This document shows, in pieces, positions 1-12,417 of a DNA stretch of 64,000 bases. The position numbers were made by a program, and so were the translations under genes. Source of the DNA: Squalus acanthias (lineage: Eukaryota). Location: the NCBI GenBank assembly GCA_030390025.1, contig CM059430.1, positions 61,690,001 to 61,754,000 of the forward strand. Reading direction: 5' to 3'. Under the pieces are notes generated by a model that made no database searches, was not told the DNA's origin, and saw only the letters and a program-made list of their open reading frames with translations. The first letter of the stretch is position 1; every line of letters begins with the position of its first letter.

Positions 1-1376
1 ATGGAAGTATATCCTTCCTTAAATAAGGAGACCAAAACTGTACGCAGTACTCAAGGAGTGGTCTCACCAATACCCTGTAAAGTTGTAGCAGGGCTTCCCT
101 GCTTTTATACTCCAACCCCCTTGCAATAAAGTCCAACATTCCATTTGCCTTTTTGATTACCTGCTGTACCTGCATGCTAACTTTTTGTGTTTCATGCACA
201 AGGACCCCCAGGTCCCTCTGAATTGTAGCATTTTATAATCTCGCTCCATTTAAATACCAATTTGCTTTTTTATTTTTCCTGTCAAAGTGGATAACCTCGC
301 ACTTTCCCACATTATACTCCACCTGCCAAATGTTTGCCCACTCACTTAGCCTGTCTATATCCCTTTGCAGATTCTTTGAGTCCTCTGCATAACTTGCTTG
401 CCCACCCATCTTTGTATCATCCGCAATCTTGGCTTCAGTACACTCGATTCCTTCATCCAAGTCATTAATGTAGATTGTAAATAGTTGAGGCCCCAGCACC
501 GATCCCTGTGGCACCCCACTAGTTACCATTTGCCAACCGGAAAATTACCCATTCATCCCCACTCTCTGCTTCTGTTAGTTAGCCAATTCTCTATCCATGC
601 TAATATATTACCCCCAACTCCGTGAGCTCTTATCTTATGCAGTAACCTTTTATGTGGCACCTTATCGAATGCCTTCTGGAAATCGAGATACACCGCATCC
701 ACTGGCTCACCCTTATCCACCCTGCTCGTTACATCCTCAAAGAACTCCAGCAAATTTGTTAAGCATGATTTCCCTTTCATAAAACCATACTGACTCTGCT
801 TGACTGCATTATGATTTTCCAAATGTCCTGCTACTGCTTCCTTAATGAAGTACTCCAGCATTTTCCCAACGACAGATGTTATGCTAACTGGTCTATAGTT
901 TCCTGCTTTCTGTCTCCCTCCTTTCTTAAATAGGGGTGTTACATTTGCGGTTACCGATACGCTACGACCTCTCCAGAGTCCATGTAATTTTGGTATATTG
1001 CAAGCAATGCATTCACTATCTCTGCCGCCACTTCTTTTAAGACCGTGGGATGCAGGCCATCTGGTCCATGGGACGTGTCGTCTTTTAGTCCCATTATTTT
1101 ACCAAGTAGTTTTTCCTTAGTGATGGTGATTGTCTTTAGTTCCCCCCTCCCTGTGGCCCATCGATTATCCATTATTGGGATGTTGTTAGTGTCTTCTACC
1201 GTGAACACAGATACAAAATATATGTTCAGAGTCTCTGCCTTTTCCCTGTTCCCCATTATTAATTCACCATTCTCATCCTCTAAGGGCCCAACGTTTATTT
1301 TAGCTACTCTCTTCCTTTTTATATACATGTAGAAGCTCTTGATTTCTGTTTTAATATTTCTTGACAGTTTACTCAC
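1..1376 (-). mobile_element. CR1 LINE ORF2 fragment (reverse transcriptase), decayed; continues beyond the window start
   Basis: Minus-strand ORFs carry CR1 RT motifs GPDGLHP, YLDFQKAFDKVPH, GVPQGSVLGP, IADD; broken by stops and frameshifts. Confidence 0.93.
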
Positions 1377-2201
1377 TTTGCTGATTGAAAATTCATAAAT
1401 GCTTGAAAAAGTACTAACTACAATGGCATTCTACAATATAATGCTAAAATATGCGCAGAGTCAGATGGGTGGTAATCTTGGGCCAGTTTTTGGTCTCAGT
1501 GGAGAGATTACCAAGGTAAAGGAGACACAAGGAAATCCTGTCGGAGAGAAGAGCAGAAGTTGTTCAAGGTGGGCATTCCTAGAAGAGAAGTGGCAGTGAA
1601 TTAAACACTAATACAAAAGTAAAATACTTTTGATCTGGAAGTTATTCCAGCGAATACATGTTCGCGTCCACAAGTCATAGCAACCAAAGCAACCCCCACC
1701 ACGCGCACACATACACACACACATTGGCTGCTGATATACTGAATGGCCCACGAAGCGGCTACGAGATTTCATATGTCATATATGATTCAACCATTGAACT
1801 GCAACTTGAATTATAAACTATTGATTGTGAGGAAATAAAAATCATTAACTTTTACTATTTTTCCGAATTAACACCTTGTCCTTAATGTTAAAACTTTAGA
1901 TTTATCCAACTGGATTTATGTTGTATTCGCTGAAGGATTCAAAAGCTAACAGGAGAAACAATGTCAACAAATTGTTCGCACTCTCTTGGTCAGTTCAATG
2001 TGAGAACGACATATGATTTATATAGGATAATGTATAATTCAATAGGTTAAAATTTTCGCACAAATAAAGTTTATTACAGGGTAATTTGAATAGTGGGCTA
2101 CAGTGAAGATGAAAGTGCAGAAACCATCGACGTATATTAGAGGTGGACAAATGTGAGAAGTCACACAAAACCAGGTTTTAGTCCAACAGCTTTATTTGAA
2201 A

Positions 2202-2238
2202 TCACAAGCTTTCAGAGCGCTGCTCCTTCGTCAGGTGA
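2202..2238 (-). ncRNA. Minimal type I hammerhead ribozyme, left-arm copy
   Basis: Reverse complement reads tcac-CTGACGA-aggagcagcgctct-GAAA-gc-TT-gtga; one stem II G-C pair has become G-U. Confidence 0.85.
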
Positions 2239-2545
2239 AGTGAAGAGATGCATATATGCACAGCATATATAGTCAGAGAACACTGCCAGATGATTGCAGT
2301 TAATCTTTCCAACTGCCCTTTATCACACCTCGGCAGAGAGATAATCACTGCAATCAAAGGTGTGGATGGTGTCCAAACAGGTCAGTCAAGAAAACATTAC
2401 ATCAAAGACAATGTGGCAGATGCTGGGGTCAGTATGGAAAACAAAAAACTTTTTTTGCTGGAAATCACAGCAGGTCCGGACGCATCTGTGTAGAGAGAAC
2501 AAGCCAACAACGATTCCAGTCTGGATGACTCCAGGTCAGGTGGGG

Positions 2546-4756
2546 TTACATGTAGCGTGACATCAACCCAAGATCCCAGTTGAGGCCGTCCTCATGGGTG
2601 CGGTGCTTGGCTATCAGTTTCTGCTCGAAGATTTTGCATTGTCGTGTGTCTCGAAGGCCGCCTTGCAGAATGCTTACCGAAGATCGGAGGCTGAATGTCC
2701 TTGACTGCTGAAGTGTTCCCCGACTGGGAGGGAACACTCCTGCCTGGCGATTGTTGCGTGGTGTCCGTTCATACATTGTCACAGTGTCTGCATGGTCTCG
2801 CCGATGTACCATGCTCCGGGGCATCCTTTCCTGCAACGTATGAGGTAGACAACGTTGGCCGAGTCACATGAGTATGTACCATGTACCTGGTGGATGGTGT
2901 CCTCACGTGTGATGATGGTATCTGTGTTGATGATCTGGCATGTCTTGCAAAGGTTGCTGTGGCAGGGTTGTGTGGTGTCATGGTAGCTGTTCTCCTGAAA
3001 GCTGGGTAATTTGCTTCGAACAATGGTCTGTTTGAGGTTAGGCGGCTGTTTGAAGGTGAGTAGTGGGAGTGTGGGAATGGCCTTGGCGGGGTTTTCGTCG
3101 TCATCGATGACATGTTGAAGGCTGCGAAGATCATGGCGTAGTTTGTCTGCTCCGGGGAAGTACTGGACGACGTAGGGTACTCTGTTGGTTGTGCTCCGTG
3201 TTTGTCTTCTGAGGAGGTATATGCGATTTTTCGTTGTGGCCCGTCGGAACTGTCGATCGACGAGTTGAGCATCAAAGCCTGTTCTTACGAGGGTGTCTTT
3301 CAGCATCTGTAGGTGTCCATCGCGTTCCTCCTCGTCTGAGCAGATCCTGTGTATTCGCAGGGCTTGTGCATAGGGGATGGCTTCTTTAACGTGGTTAGGG
3401 TGGAAGCTGGAGAAGTGGAGCATCGTGAGGTGTCCGTCTTTGATGGAGATTCGTGTGTCCAAGAATGAAACCGATTCTGAGGAGTAGTCCATGGTGAGTT
3501 TGATGGTGGGATGGAACTTGTTGATGTTATCGTGTAGTCTTTTCAGTGATTCTTCGCCGTGGGTCCACAGGAAGAAAATGTCGTCGATGTATCTGGTGTA
3601 TAGCGTTGGTTGGAGATCCTGTGCAGTGAAGAAGTCTTGCTCGAACTTGTGCATGAAGATGTTGGCGTATTGGGGTGCGAATTTGGTCCCCATGGCTGTT
3701 TCGTGTGTTTGGGTAAAAAACTGTTTGTCGAAGGTGAAGCCATTATGGTCAAGGATGAAGCGGATGAGTTGTAGGATGGCGTCTGGAGATTGGCTGTTGT
3801 TGGTGTTGAGTACTGAGGCTGTCGCAGCGATGCCGTCATCGTGGGGGATACTGGTGTAGAGTGCTGAGACGTCCATCATGGTGAGGAGTGCGCCTGGTTC
3901 AAATGGTCCGTGGGTGCTGAGTTTCTGTAAGAAGTCTGTAGTGTCGCGACAGAAGCTGGGGGTTCCCTGTACGATGGGTTTCAGGATGCCCTCGATGTAT
4001 CCAGAGAGGTTCTCACACAGGGTTCCATTCCCTGATACGATAGGACGTCCGGGTGTGTTGGCTTTGTGGATCTTTGGGAGGCATTAGAAGTCTCCCCCGC
4101 GGGGAGTACGTGGGATGAGAGCGCGTAGGATGCTTTGAAGGTCTGGATCAAAGGTCTTGATAAGTCGAGTGAGTTGGCGGGTGTGTTCTTTGGTCAGATC
4201 TGCAGATAACTGTCTGTAGTTTTCCTGGTTGTCCAGTTGTCGGTATGCTTCTTTGCAATAGTCCATTCTATTCTGTATGACGATGGCTCCTCCTTTGTCC
4301 GCTGGTTTGATGATGATGTTGCGGTTGGTCTTGAGAGCATGGATGGCGTTGCATTGTGCTCGGGTGACATTCTGGACTATCTTGTGAGGGCGGCTGATGA
4401 ATCTGGCGATCATGCATCTCCTGACAGCTTGAGCATACATGTCAAGCTTAGGGCAGCGACCCTCTGGGGGGTCCAATTTGACTCTTTCTTCTTCGGTTGC
4501 TGCACTGCGGGTCCCTCTGTCTGCTGTTCCGGAGCATTGATTGTCTCATTGGGTTCACTGCTGACATCTTGGGATTCATCGAACAATTCCCAGAGCCTCA
4601 TTCTCCTGATGAATTCCTCTGTGTCTGCCGTGAGACCGATGGGGTCCATTTTGGTGTTGGGGCAGAAAATGAGCCCTCGGTTCAGAACTTCGATTTCGTC
4701 TGGTTGAAGGGTGTGGTCGGACAAGTTGACGATGGACTTCCCTGTGGTTGCAACCG
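2546..4756 (-). pseudogene. PLE RT-GIY-YIG ORF, left arm (5'-truncated, disrupted)
   Basis: ORFs 4410-4760, 4084-4476, 2779-3879 and 2546-2836 chain into RT plus GIY-YIG endonuclease with stops and frameshifts. Confidence 0.92.
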
Positions 4757-7076
4757 CCAAACAGATGAGGCAACGTAACTACGCTGCCTACATGCACACC
4801 AAGAACAGGAAGCTTGAGAACCTCGGCATCACCACCAGCAGCAACCAAGCCTCCCCCGGTAACATGATTGCAACAACAGGGAAGTCCATCGTCAACTTGT
4901 CCGACCACACCCTTCAACCAGATGAAATCGAAGTTCTCAGCCAAGGGCTCATTTTCTGCCCCACCACCAAAATGGACCCCATCGGTCTCGCGGCAGAAAC
5001 AGAGGAATTCATCAGGAGAATGAGGCTCCGGGAATTCTTCCATGAATCCCAAGATGTCAGCAGCGAACCCAATGAGACAATCAATGATCCAGAACAGCAG
5101 AGAGAGGGACCCGCAGTGCAGCAACCGAAGAAGAAAGAGTCAAATTGGACCCCTCCGGAGGGTCGCTGCACTAATCTTGACATGTATGCTCAAGCAGTCA
5201 GCAGATGCATGAACGCCAGATTCATCAGCCGCACTCACTAGACAATCCAGAATGTCACCCGAGCACAATGCAATGCCTTCCATGCTCTCAAGACCAACCG
5301 CAACATCGTCATCAAACCAGCGGACAAAGGAGGAGCCATCATCATACAGAATAGAATGGACTATTGCAAAGAAGCATACCGACAACAGGACAACCAGGAA
5401 CACTACAGACAGTTACCTGCAGATCCGACCAAAGAACACACCCGCCAACTCAATAGACTGATCAAGACCTTTGATCCAGATCTTCAAAGCATCCTACGCA
5501 GATTCATCCCACGTACTCCCCGCATGGGAGACTTCTACTGCCTCCCAAAGATACACAATGCCAACAGACCCGGACGTCCTATCGTCTCAGGCAATGGAAC
5601 CCTGTGTGAGAACCTCTCTGGATACGTCGATGGCATCCTGAAACCCATCGTACAGGGAACCCCCAGCTTCTGTCGCGACACTACAGACTTCTTACAGAAA
5701 CTTAGCACCCACGGACCATTTGAACCAGGCACACTCCTCACCAGGATGGACGTCTCGGCACTCTACACCAGTATCCCCCACGATGACGGCATCGCTGCGA
5801 CAGCCTCAGTACTCAACACCAACAACAGCCAATCTCCAGACGCCATCCTACAACTCATCCGCTTCATCCTTGACCACAATGTCTTCACCTTCGACAAACA
5901 GTTTTTTACCCAAACACACGAAACAGCCATGGGGACCAAATTCGCACCCCAATACGCCAACATCTTCATGCACATGTTCAAGTAAGACTTCTTCGCTGCA
6001 CAGGACCTGCAATCAACGCTATACACCAGATACATCGACGACATTTTCTTCCTGTGGACCCACAGCGAAGAATCACTGAAAAGACTACACGATAACATAA
6101 ACAAATTCCATCCCACCATCAAACTCACCATGGACTACTCCTCAGAATCGGTTTCATTCTTGGACACACGAATCTCCATCAAAGACGGACACCTCACGAT
6201 GCTCCACTTCTCCAGCTTCCACCCTAACCACGTTAAAGAAGCTATCCCCTATGGACAAGCCCTGCGAATACACAGGATCTGCTCAGACGAGGAGGAACGC
6301 GATGGACACCTACAGACGCTGAAAGATGCCCTCGTATGAACAGGATATGATGCTCGACTCGTCGATCGACAGTTCCGACGGGCCACAGCGAAAAATCGCA
6401 TAGACCTCCTCAGAAGACAAACATGGGACACAACCAACAGAGTACCCTACGTCGTCCAGTACTTCCCCGGAGCGGAGAAACTACGCCATGTTCTTCACAG
6501 CCTTCAACATGTCATCTATGATGACGAACACCTCGCTAAGGCCATCCCCACGCCCCCACTACTCACTTTCAAACAGGCGCCTAACCTCAAACAGACCATC
6601 GTTCGCAGCAAATTACCCAGCTTTCAGTAGAACAGCGACCACGACACCACACAACCCTGCCACAGCAACCTCTGCAAGACATGCCAGATCATCAACACAG
6701 ATATTATCATCACACATGAGGACACCACCCACCAGGTACATGGTACATACTTATGTGACTCGGCCAATGTTGTCTACCTCATACATTGCAGGAAAGGATG
6801 CCCCGGAGCATGGTACATCGGCGAGACCATGCAGACACTGCGACAACGTATGAATGGACACCATGCAACAATCGCCAGGCAGGAGTTTTCCCTCCCAGTA
6901 GGGGAACACTTCAGCAGTCAAGGAAATTCAGCCTCCGACTTCAGATAAGCATTCTCCAAGGCGGCCTTCGAGACACACGACAACGCAAAATCGTCGAGCA
7001 GAAACTGATAGCGAAGTTGTGCACCCATGAGCACGGCCTCAACCGGGATCTTGGGTTGATGTCACGCTACATGTAA
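4757..7076 (+). pseudogene. PLE RT-GIY-YIG ORF, right arm (5'-truncated, disrupted)
   Basis: ORFs 4711-5241, 5356-5985, 6130-6339 and 6786-7076 show the same motifs as the left arm with different stop codons. Confidence 0.92.
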
Positions 7077-7383
7077 CCCCACCTGACCTGGAGTCATCCA
7101 GGCTCGAATTGTCGTTGGCTTGTTCTCTCTGCACAGATGCGGCCGGACCTGCTGTGATTTCCAGCAAAAAAAGTTTTTTGTTTTCCATACAGTCCCCAGC
7201 ATCTGCCACAATGTCTTTGATATAATGTTTTCTTGACTGACCTGTTTGGACACCATACACACCTTTGATTGCCGTGATTATCTCTCTGCCGAGGTGTGAT
7301 AAAGGGCAGTTGGAAAGATTAACTGTAATCATCTGGCAGTGTTCTATGACTATATATGCTGTGCCTATATGCATCTCTTCACT

Positions 7384-7420
7384 TCACCTGACGAAGGAGC
7401 AGCGCTCCGAAAGCTTGTGA
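7384..7420 (+). ncRNA. Minimal type I hammerhead ribozyme in the PLE terminal repeat
   Basis: tcac-CTGACGA-a-GGAGC-agc-GCTCC-GAAA-gc-TT-gtga: core CUGANGA/GAAA/UH, stem I tcac/gtga, 5-bp stem II, palindromic AAGCTT stem III. Confidence 0.88.
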
Positions 7421-7677
7421 TTTCAAATAAAGCTGTTGGACTATACCTGGTGTTGTGCGACTTCTCACATTTGTCAACCCCAGTCCAACACCGGCATCTC
7501 CAAATCATAGCTACTATATTAGAGGTGATTCGGTAGAAAGCTTAGAACAACTGCGAGAATTAATGAAAATAGTTTAACATTACAGAAGTCAGCATTAATG
7601 TTTTTGTATTATGTGAATGTATTATGTGTGATAGTAGCTAACAGATGGCTTAGATTAGGCCATCAGGATTCTGCAAC

Positions 7678-9325
7678 ATCACTTGGAAGAAGCACTGAGA
7701 GTAGCAAGGGCACTGAATATACTCTGGGTGGGGAACTTCAATATCCATCACCAAGAGTGGCTCGGTAGCACCACTAATGACAGTGCTGGCCGAGTCCTGA
7801 AGGACATAGCTGCCAGTCTGGACCTGCGACAGGTGGTGAGAAAACCAACACGAGGGAAAAACCTACTTGACCTCATCTTCACCAATCTAGCTGTCGCAGA
7901 TGCAAGCCTCCATGACAGAATTGGTAACAGTGACCACCTCACAGTCATTTTTGAGACGACGTCCCATCTTCACACTGAGGACATCCTCCATCGTGTTGTG
8001 CTAATTGTGATAGATTCAGTTCATGCAGCACTTACTCATCAATTACCTGCTCACTGATGCTCAGTTTGGGTTCTGCCATGACCAATTGGCTCCCGACCTC
8101 ATTACAGCTCTGGTCCAAACATGGACAAAGGAGCTGAATTCCAGAGGAGAGGTGACAGTGACTGCCCTTGACATCAAGGCAGCATTTGACCGAGTGCGGC
8201 ATCAAGGAGACCGAGTAAAACTGAAGTCAATGGGAATCGGGGTGAAAACTCTCCATTGGCTGGAGTCATACCTAGCACAAAGAAAGATGGTTGTGGTGGT
8301 TTAAAGTCAATCAGCACAGCCCCAGGACATCGCTGCAGGTGTTCCTCAGGCCAGTGTCCTAGGCCCAAACATCTTCAAGTGCTTCATCAATGACCTTCCC
8401 TCCAACATAAGGTCAGAAATGGGGATGTTCGCTGATGATTGCGCAGTGTTCAGCACCATTCACAACTCCTCAGAAAATGAAGCTGTCCATGCCCGCATGC
8501 AACAAGACCTGGACAACGTTCAGGCTTGGGCTGATAAGTGGCAGGTAACATTCATGCCACACAAGTGCCAGGCAATGACTATCGCAAACAATCGAGAGTC
8601 TAACCACCGCCCCTTGACATTCAACGGTGTACCATCGCCGAATACCCCACCATCAACATCCTGGGGGTCACCATTGACCACAAACTTAACTGGACCAGCC
8701 ACATAAATACTGTGGCAACAAGAGCAGGTCAGAGGCTGGATATTCTGCAGTGAGTATATCACCTCCTGACTCCCCAAAGCCTTTCCACCATCTACAAGGC
8801 ACAAGTAAGGAGTGTGATGGAATACTCTCCACTTGCCTGGATGAGTGCAGCTCCAACAACACTCAAGAAGCTCGACACCATCCAGGACAAAGCAGCCCGC
8901 TTGATTGGCATCCCATCCACCACCTTAAATATTCACTCCCTCCACCACCGGCTTACTGTGCCTGCAATGTGTACCAACTACAAGATGCACTGCAGCAACT
9001 CGCCAAGGCTTGTTTGGTAGCACCTCCCAAACCCGCGTACTCTTCCACCTAGAAGGACAAGGGCAGCAGATGCATGGGAACACCACCACCTCCAAATTCC
9101 CCTCCAAGTCACAGACCATCCTGACTTGGAAATATATCGCCGTTCCTTCATCGTCGTTGGGTCAAAATGCTGGAACTCCCCCTACCTAACAGCACTGTGG
9201 GCGTACCTTCACCTCACAGACTGCAGCGGTTGAAGAAGGCGGCTCGCCACCACCTTCTCAATGGCAATTAGGAATGGGCAATAAATGCTGGCCTTGCCAG
9301 CGACGCCCACATCCCATAAATTAAT
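7678..9325 (+). mobile_element. CR1/Jockey-group LINE, second family (family B): endonuclease end, RT and 3' end, internally deleted
   Basis: LLDLIFTN...SDH, ALDIKAAFDRV, MFADD, MEYSPLAW; 3' end ggcaataaatgctggccttgccagcgacgcccacatcccat is shared with other copies in the window. Confidence 0.88.
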
Positions 9326-9404
9326 AACAACAATGTGGATTACCGAGTCATCTCGATAACCAATATTGTTTGAAGTGAACCCAAGCCCACACCAGACAAT
9401 CCCG

Positions 9405-9600
9405 TAATAAAACCAGACACTGCTGGAAACACTTAGCAGGTCCGGCAACGTCTGTGGAGATAGAAACAGAGTTAACATGAAGTCATCGACCTGAAACGTT
9501 AAATCTGTTTCTCTCCCCACAGAGCACTCCCGACCCGCTGAGTGTTACCAGCATTTTCTGTTTTTATTTCAGATTTCCAGACCACCGTATTTTGCTTTTG
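9405..9600. mobile_element. Short fold-back remnant of a second PLE-related terminal repeat with a partial hammerhead
   Basis: Inverted copies of the ctgctgag..ccagcattttctgtttttatt / acagatgctgcctgacc-type motif flank agtcatcgacctGAAAcgTT. Confidence 0.7.
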
Positions 9601-9779
9601 TTCAATCATTTCCGTATTCAGTATATCTGTTGGATGGTACAATGACTGAGAGAGAAAACAAGACACATCGGATACAGTGATTAGATAATGACATGGTTAT
9701 CAAATCCCTACGATTATTAGAGGAAGGAAAGACAGAACGATAAGTAATTGAAGAAAATGCTGGAAATACTCAGCAGATT

Positions 9780-10310
9780 ATGAACTGAAACTGTTGAACT
9801 CGATATTGAGTCCAGAAGGTTGTAAAGTGCCTAAGATGAGAGGCTGATCCTCGACCTTCCGTTGAGCTTTATTGAAACCGTGTAGGAGGCCGAGAGCAGA
9901 GAGAACATAGTGGGAGTGGGACAGATAATTAAAATGGCAAGCGGCCAGAAATTCAGTGTCATGTTAGTGGGCTGAATGGAGGTGTTCAACAAAGCGTTCA
10001 CCCAATCTGCGTTTGGTCTCCCCAATGTAGAGGAGACAACAACAGAAAATTCTGGAAACACTCAGCCGGTCAGGCAGCATCCACTCTCTCCAGGGAGTGT
10101 TTCCTGCATTTTCTGTTGGTACTTCAGATTTCCAGCAACCGCAGTATTTTGCTATTGTAGTGGAGTCCACATTGTTTGCAGCGAATACAGTATACTAAAT
10201 TGAGAGAAGTACAAGTAAATTGCTATTTCACCTGGAAGGAGTGTTGGGGCCTTGGATTGTGGGTAGGAGATGAATGGACAGGTGCTGCATCGCTCGTGCT
10301 TGCACGGGTA
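9780..10310 (-). mobile_element. Second PLE family, GIY-YIG endonuclease C-terminal remnant
   Basis: Minus strand reads NLVYCIRCKQCGL / LYIGETKRRLGERFVEHL ... LGTLQPSGLNIEFNSF; split by a 120-bp insert at 10036-10155. Confidence 0.82.
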
Positions 10311-10546
10311 ATGGTTCTGCTATTGTAATTTACACCTCCTCTAGACCCATCTTTTGTTTTTTTACTTTTTTACGTTTCCCATTACCACCCTTTATGCCTT
10401 GCACCATCATTCTTTTTGTCATTTAATCACTCCTGCCTTCCAATCTATCACGGACCTTCCCGTCCCCTTTGCCCGTTCACCGCCACTTGTATAAAAGCTT
10501 AAATCGCTAACTTTTTCCCGTTCTAACGAAAGGTAATCGACCTGAA

Positions 10547-11304
10547 TCGGCCGCTTGGGAGCGGGTCAGCTTGTTCCCGGGTTCCAGTCCCGCCCTCAAC
10601 TGCATCCGGCCCACAGTCGTGATTTTACGTTAAGTGGCCTTGTGAGTCAGATGAAGTCATTTGATGACGCGTTGTCCGCCGGTTTTCTTAAAGGGACCAC
10701 ACACAATTTTTTTTGACTGCTGATTTCTCAGTGTTTGACAGCATTGAGCTGCTGCAAACACTGACAATCACTGTACAAACGCGATCTCTTGCACCTAGGC
10801 TCTCCAGCGACACCCTCCTTAGGCTAGAACGGATGGCAGCTGCAAGTGAGGTTAGAGAAGCGACCTGTCACTAGTGAGAGAGGTTCTCCCAATGAGGTGG
10901 GACTAGACATCCAATTTAAAACTTGTTCCCTACATAAAACTGTAAATGCATTAAAAATGATTTCCCCAGCATTTTCTTACCTCTGAAACTCACCAGTGCA
11001 CCATTGAATCCTTCACACCACTTCTGCAGCTGTCATCAATGTAGAAACATTACAGCAGACTCACAACACGCCACACTTACCTGGCGTGGTGTCCAGACGT
11101 CGGGAAGCCCGAAGCAGAAGCGACAAAATTGAAAAAGAGCCTGTTAACAAGTATCAAGTACCTGTTAATAGGCAGGTAAGTGGCTATAATCCTCTTCCCG
11201 CTGCTCGGTGTCGGGTCCATGCGCAAATCGGGAACCAACACTTGGGAAGATTGATTGGAGGCGGGTTGACAGCGGGTTTCCTGAGCGCCGGCAAAATTTC
11301 GGCC
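10547..11304. mobile_element. MITE-like / non-autonomous DNA transposon inserted into a PLE terminal repeat
   Basis: The hammerhead-like gttctaacgaaaggtaatcgacctgaa stops at 10546 and the terminal repeat resumes at 11305 (aaatctgtttttctccacagatgctgcctgacc). The right end aaatttcggcc resembles the GGCC/GGGC..AAAT TIRs of other MITEs here; the left TIR is degenerate. Confidence 0.55.
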
Positions 11305-12137
11305 AAATCTGTTTTTCTCCACAGATGCTGCCTGACCTGCTGAGTATTTCCAACATTTTCTGCTTTTATTTCAGATTTCCCGTATCCGCAGTATTTTACT
11401 TTTTTAACAGTAAGCAATTACCTGGTTATGAGACCCTGGAAAAAACGAGTTGTTTGATGAGTCTGAAATTAAAAACAGCGAGAATATGGAAAAGAGAAAG
11501 AAATTCAGGATGCTGTGTTCTTATTTTGTATCAATGGAAGTGACTTTATAAAATATTAGTGTTGCATCCCAAACAAATCTTTATTGTTTTTGTGAATTAA
11601 AGGAAAGAGAGCGTTAATGTTACAATGTTAATATTCTGATCCAAGCAATGCAATTCAACCCCATAATTGCAGAAACGGAAGTGGACTAAAGAGACGCTTA
11701 TAGCACACAAGGACGCCATTTGGTCCATTGCTGGCTTAATGATAGAGCAAACCCAAAACATATCCGTCATCCTTTCGCTTCCTGTAACCCCTTATCTTCT
11801 TCTCCTTTGAATACTTATTAACGTTTCTCTTAAAATCAGATTATGATTTTCACTGTTATTCGGTGTTGTTGAAGGAGCAGAGGTACGTTTTAATACATTT
11901 ATTTGCACCTACCAATTGCAGACACATTTTATACCATGAGCGAATCCAATTGAAACGAAGGTCTGTTACGAAATCATATTTTAACAAGACAGAACTGAAT
12001 TTTCGCATATATTTGTAGAATAATTATTAGGTAACTGAAGTTCTTTGGAATAAACGTCCGCATTGTGGGATTCAATGATTACAAAGAAAATGTGAATCAG
12101 CTTTGTTTCCTGTATGCTTTATTTTTAAAAAGCATCG

Positions 12138-12417
12138 CAGGTGGACGTAAAAGATCCCATGGCATTATTTCGAAGCAGAGCAGGGGAATTATCCCCGTGT
12201 ACCTGCAATATTTATCCCTCAATCAACATCACTAAAACAGATTATCTGGTCATTATCACATTGCTGTTTGAGGGAGCCTGCAGTGAACAGATTGGCTGCC
12301 GCGTTTCCTACATTACAACAGTGACTACACCTCAAAAAGTAGTTCATTGGCTGTAAAGTGCTTTGGGACGTCCTGAGGTCGTGAAAGGCGCTATATAAAT
12401 GCAAGTCTTTCTTTTCC
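12138..12417 (+). mobile_element. Deu-domain SINE (AmnSINE1/SacSINE1-like), 5'-truncated
   Basis: ggtggacgtaaaagatcccatggca ... cattggctgtaaagtgctttgggacgtcctgaggtcgtgaaaggcgctatataaatgcaagt matches my recollection of the DeuSINE body and tail. Confidence 0.75.

Larger units (their letters stand above)
2146..7514. mobile_element. Penelope-like retroelement (RT + GIY-YIG) inserted as a head-to-head inverted duplication
   Basis: 2146-~4756 is the reverse complement of ~4866-7475. TATATTAGAGGTG is directly repeated at 2133-2145 and 7515-7527 (TSD). PLE motifs present: KPADKGGA, GRPIVS, DVSALYTSIP, AMGTKFAP, RYIDDIF, VVYLIxC...WYIGET. Confidence 0.95.

Noticed and set aside
2146-7514. Palindrome as an assembly artefact or a TIR DNA transposon
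   Set aside because: The arms differ by many independent substitutions and stops, share one TSD, and encode RT/GIY-YIG rather than a transposase.
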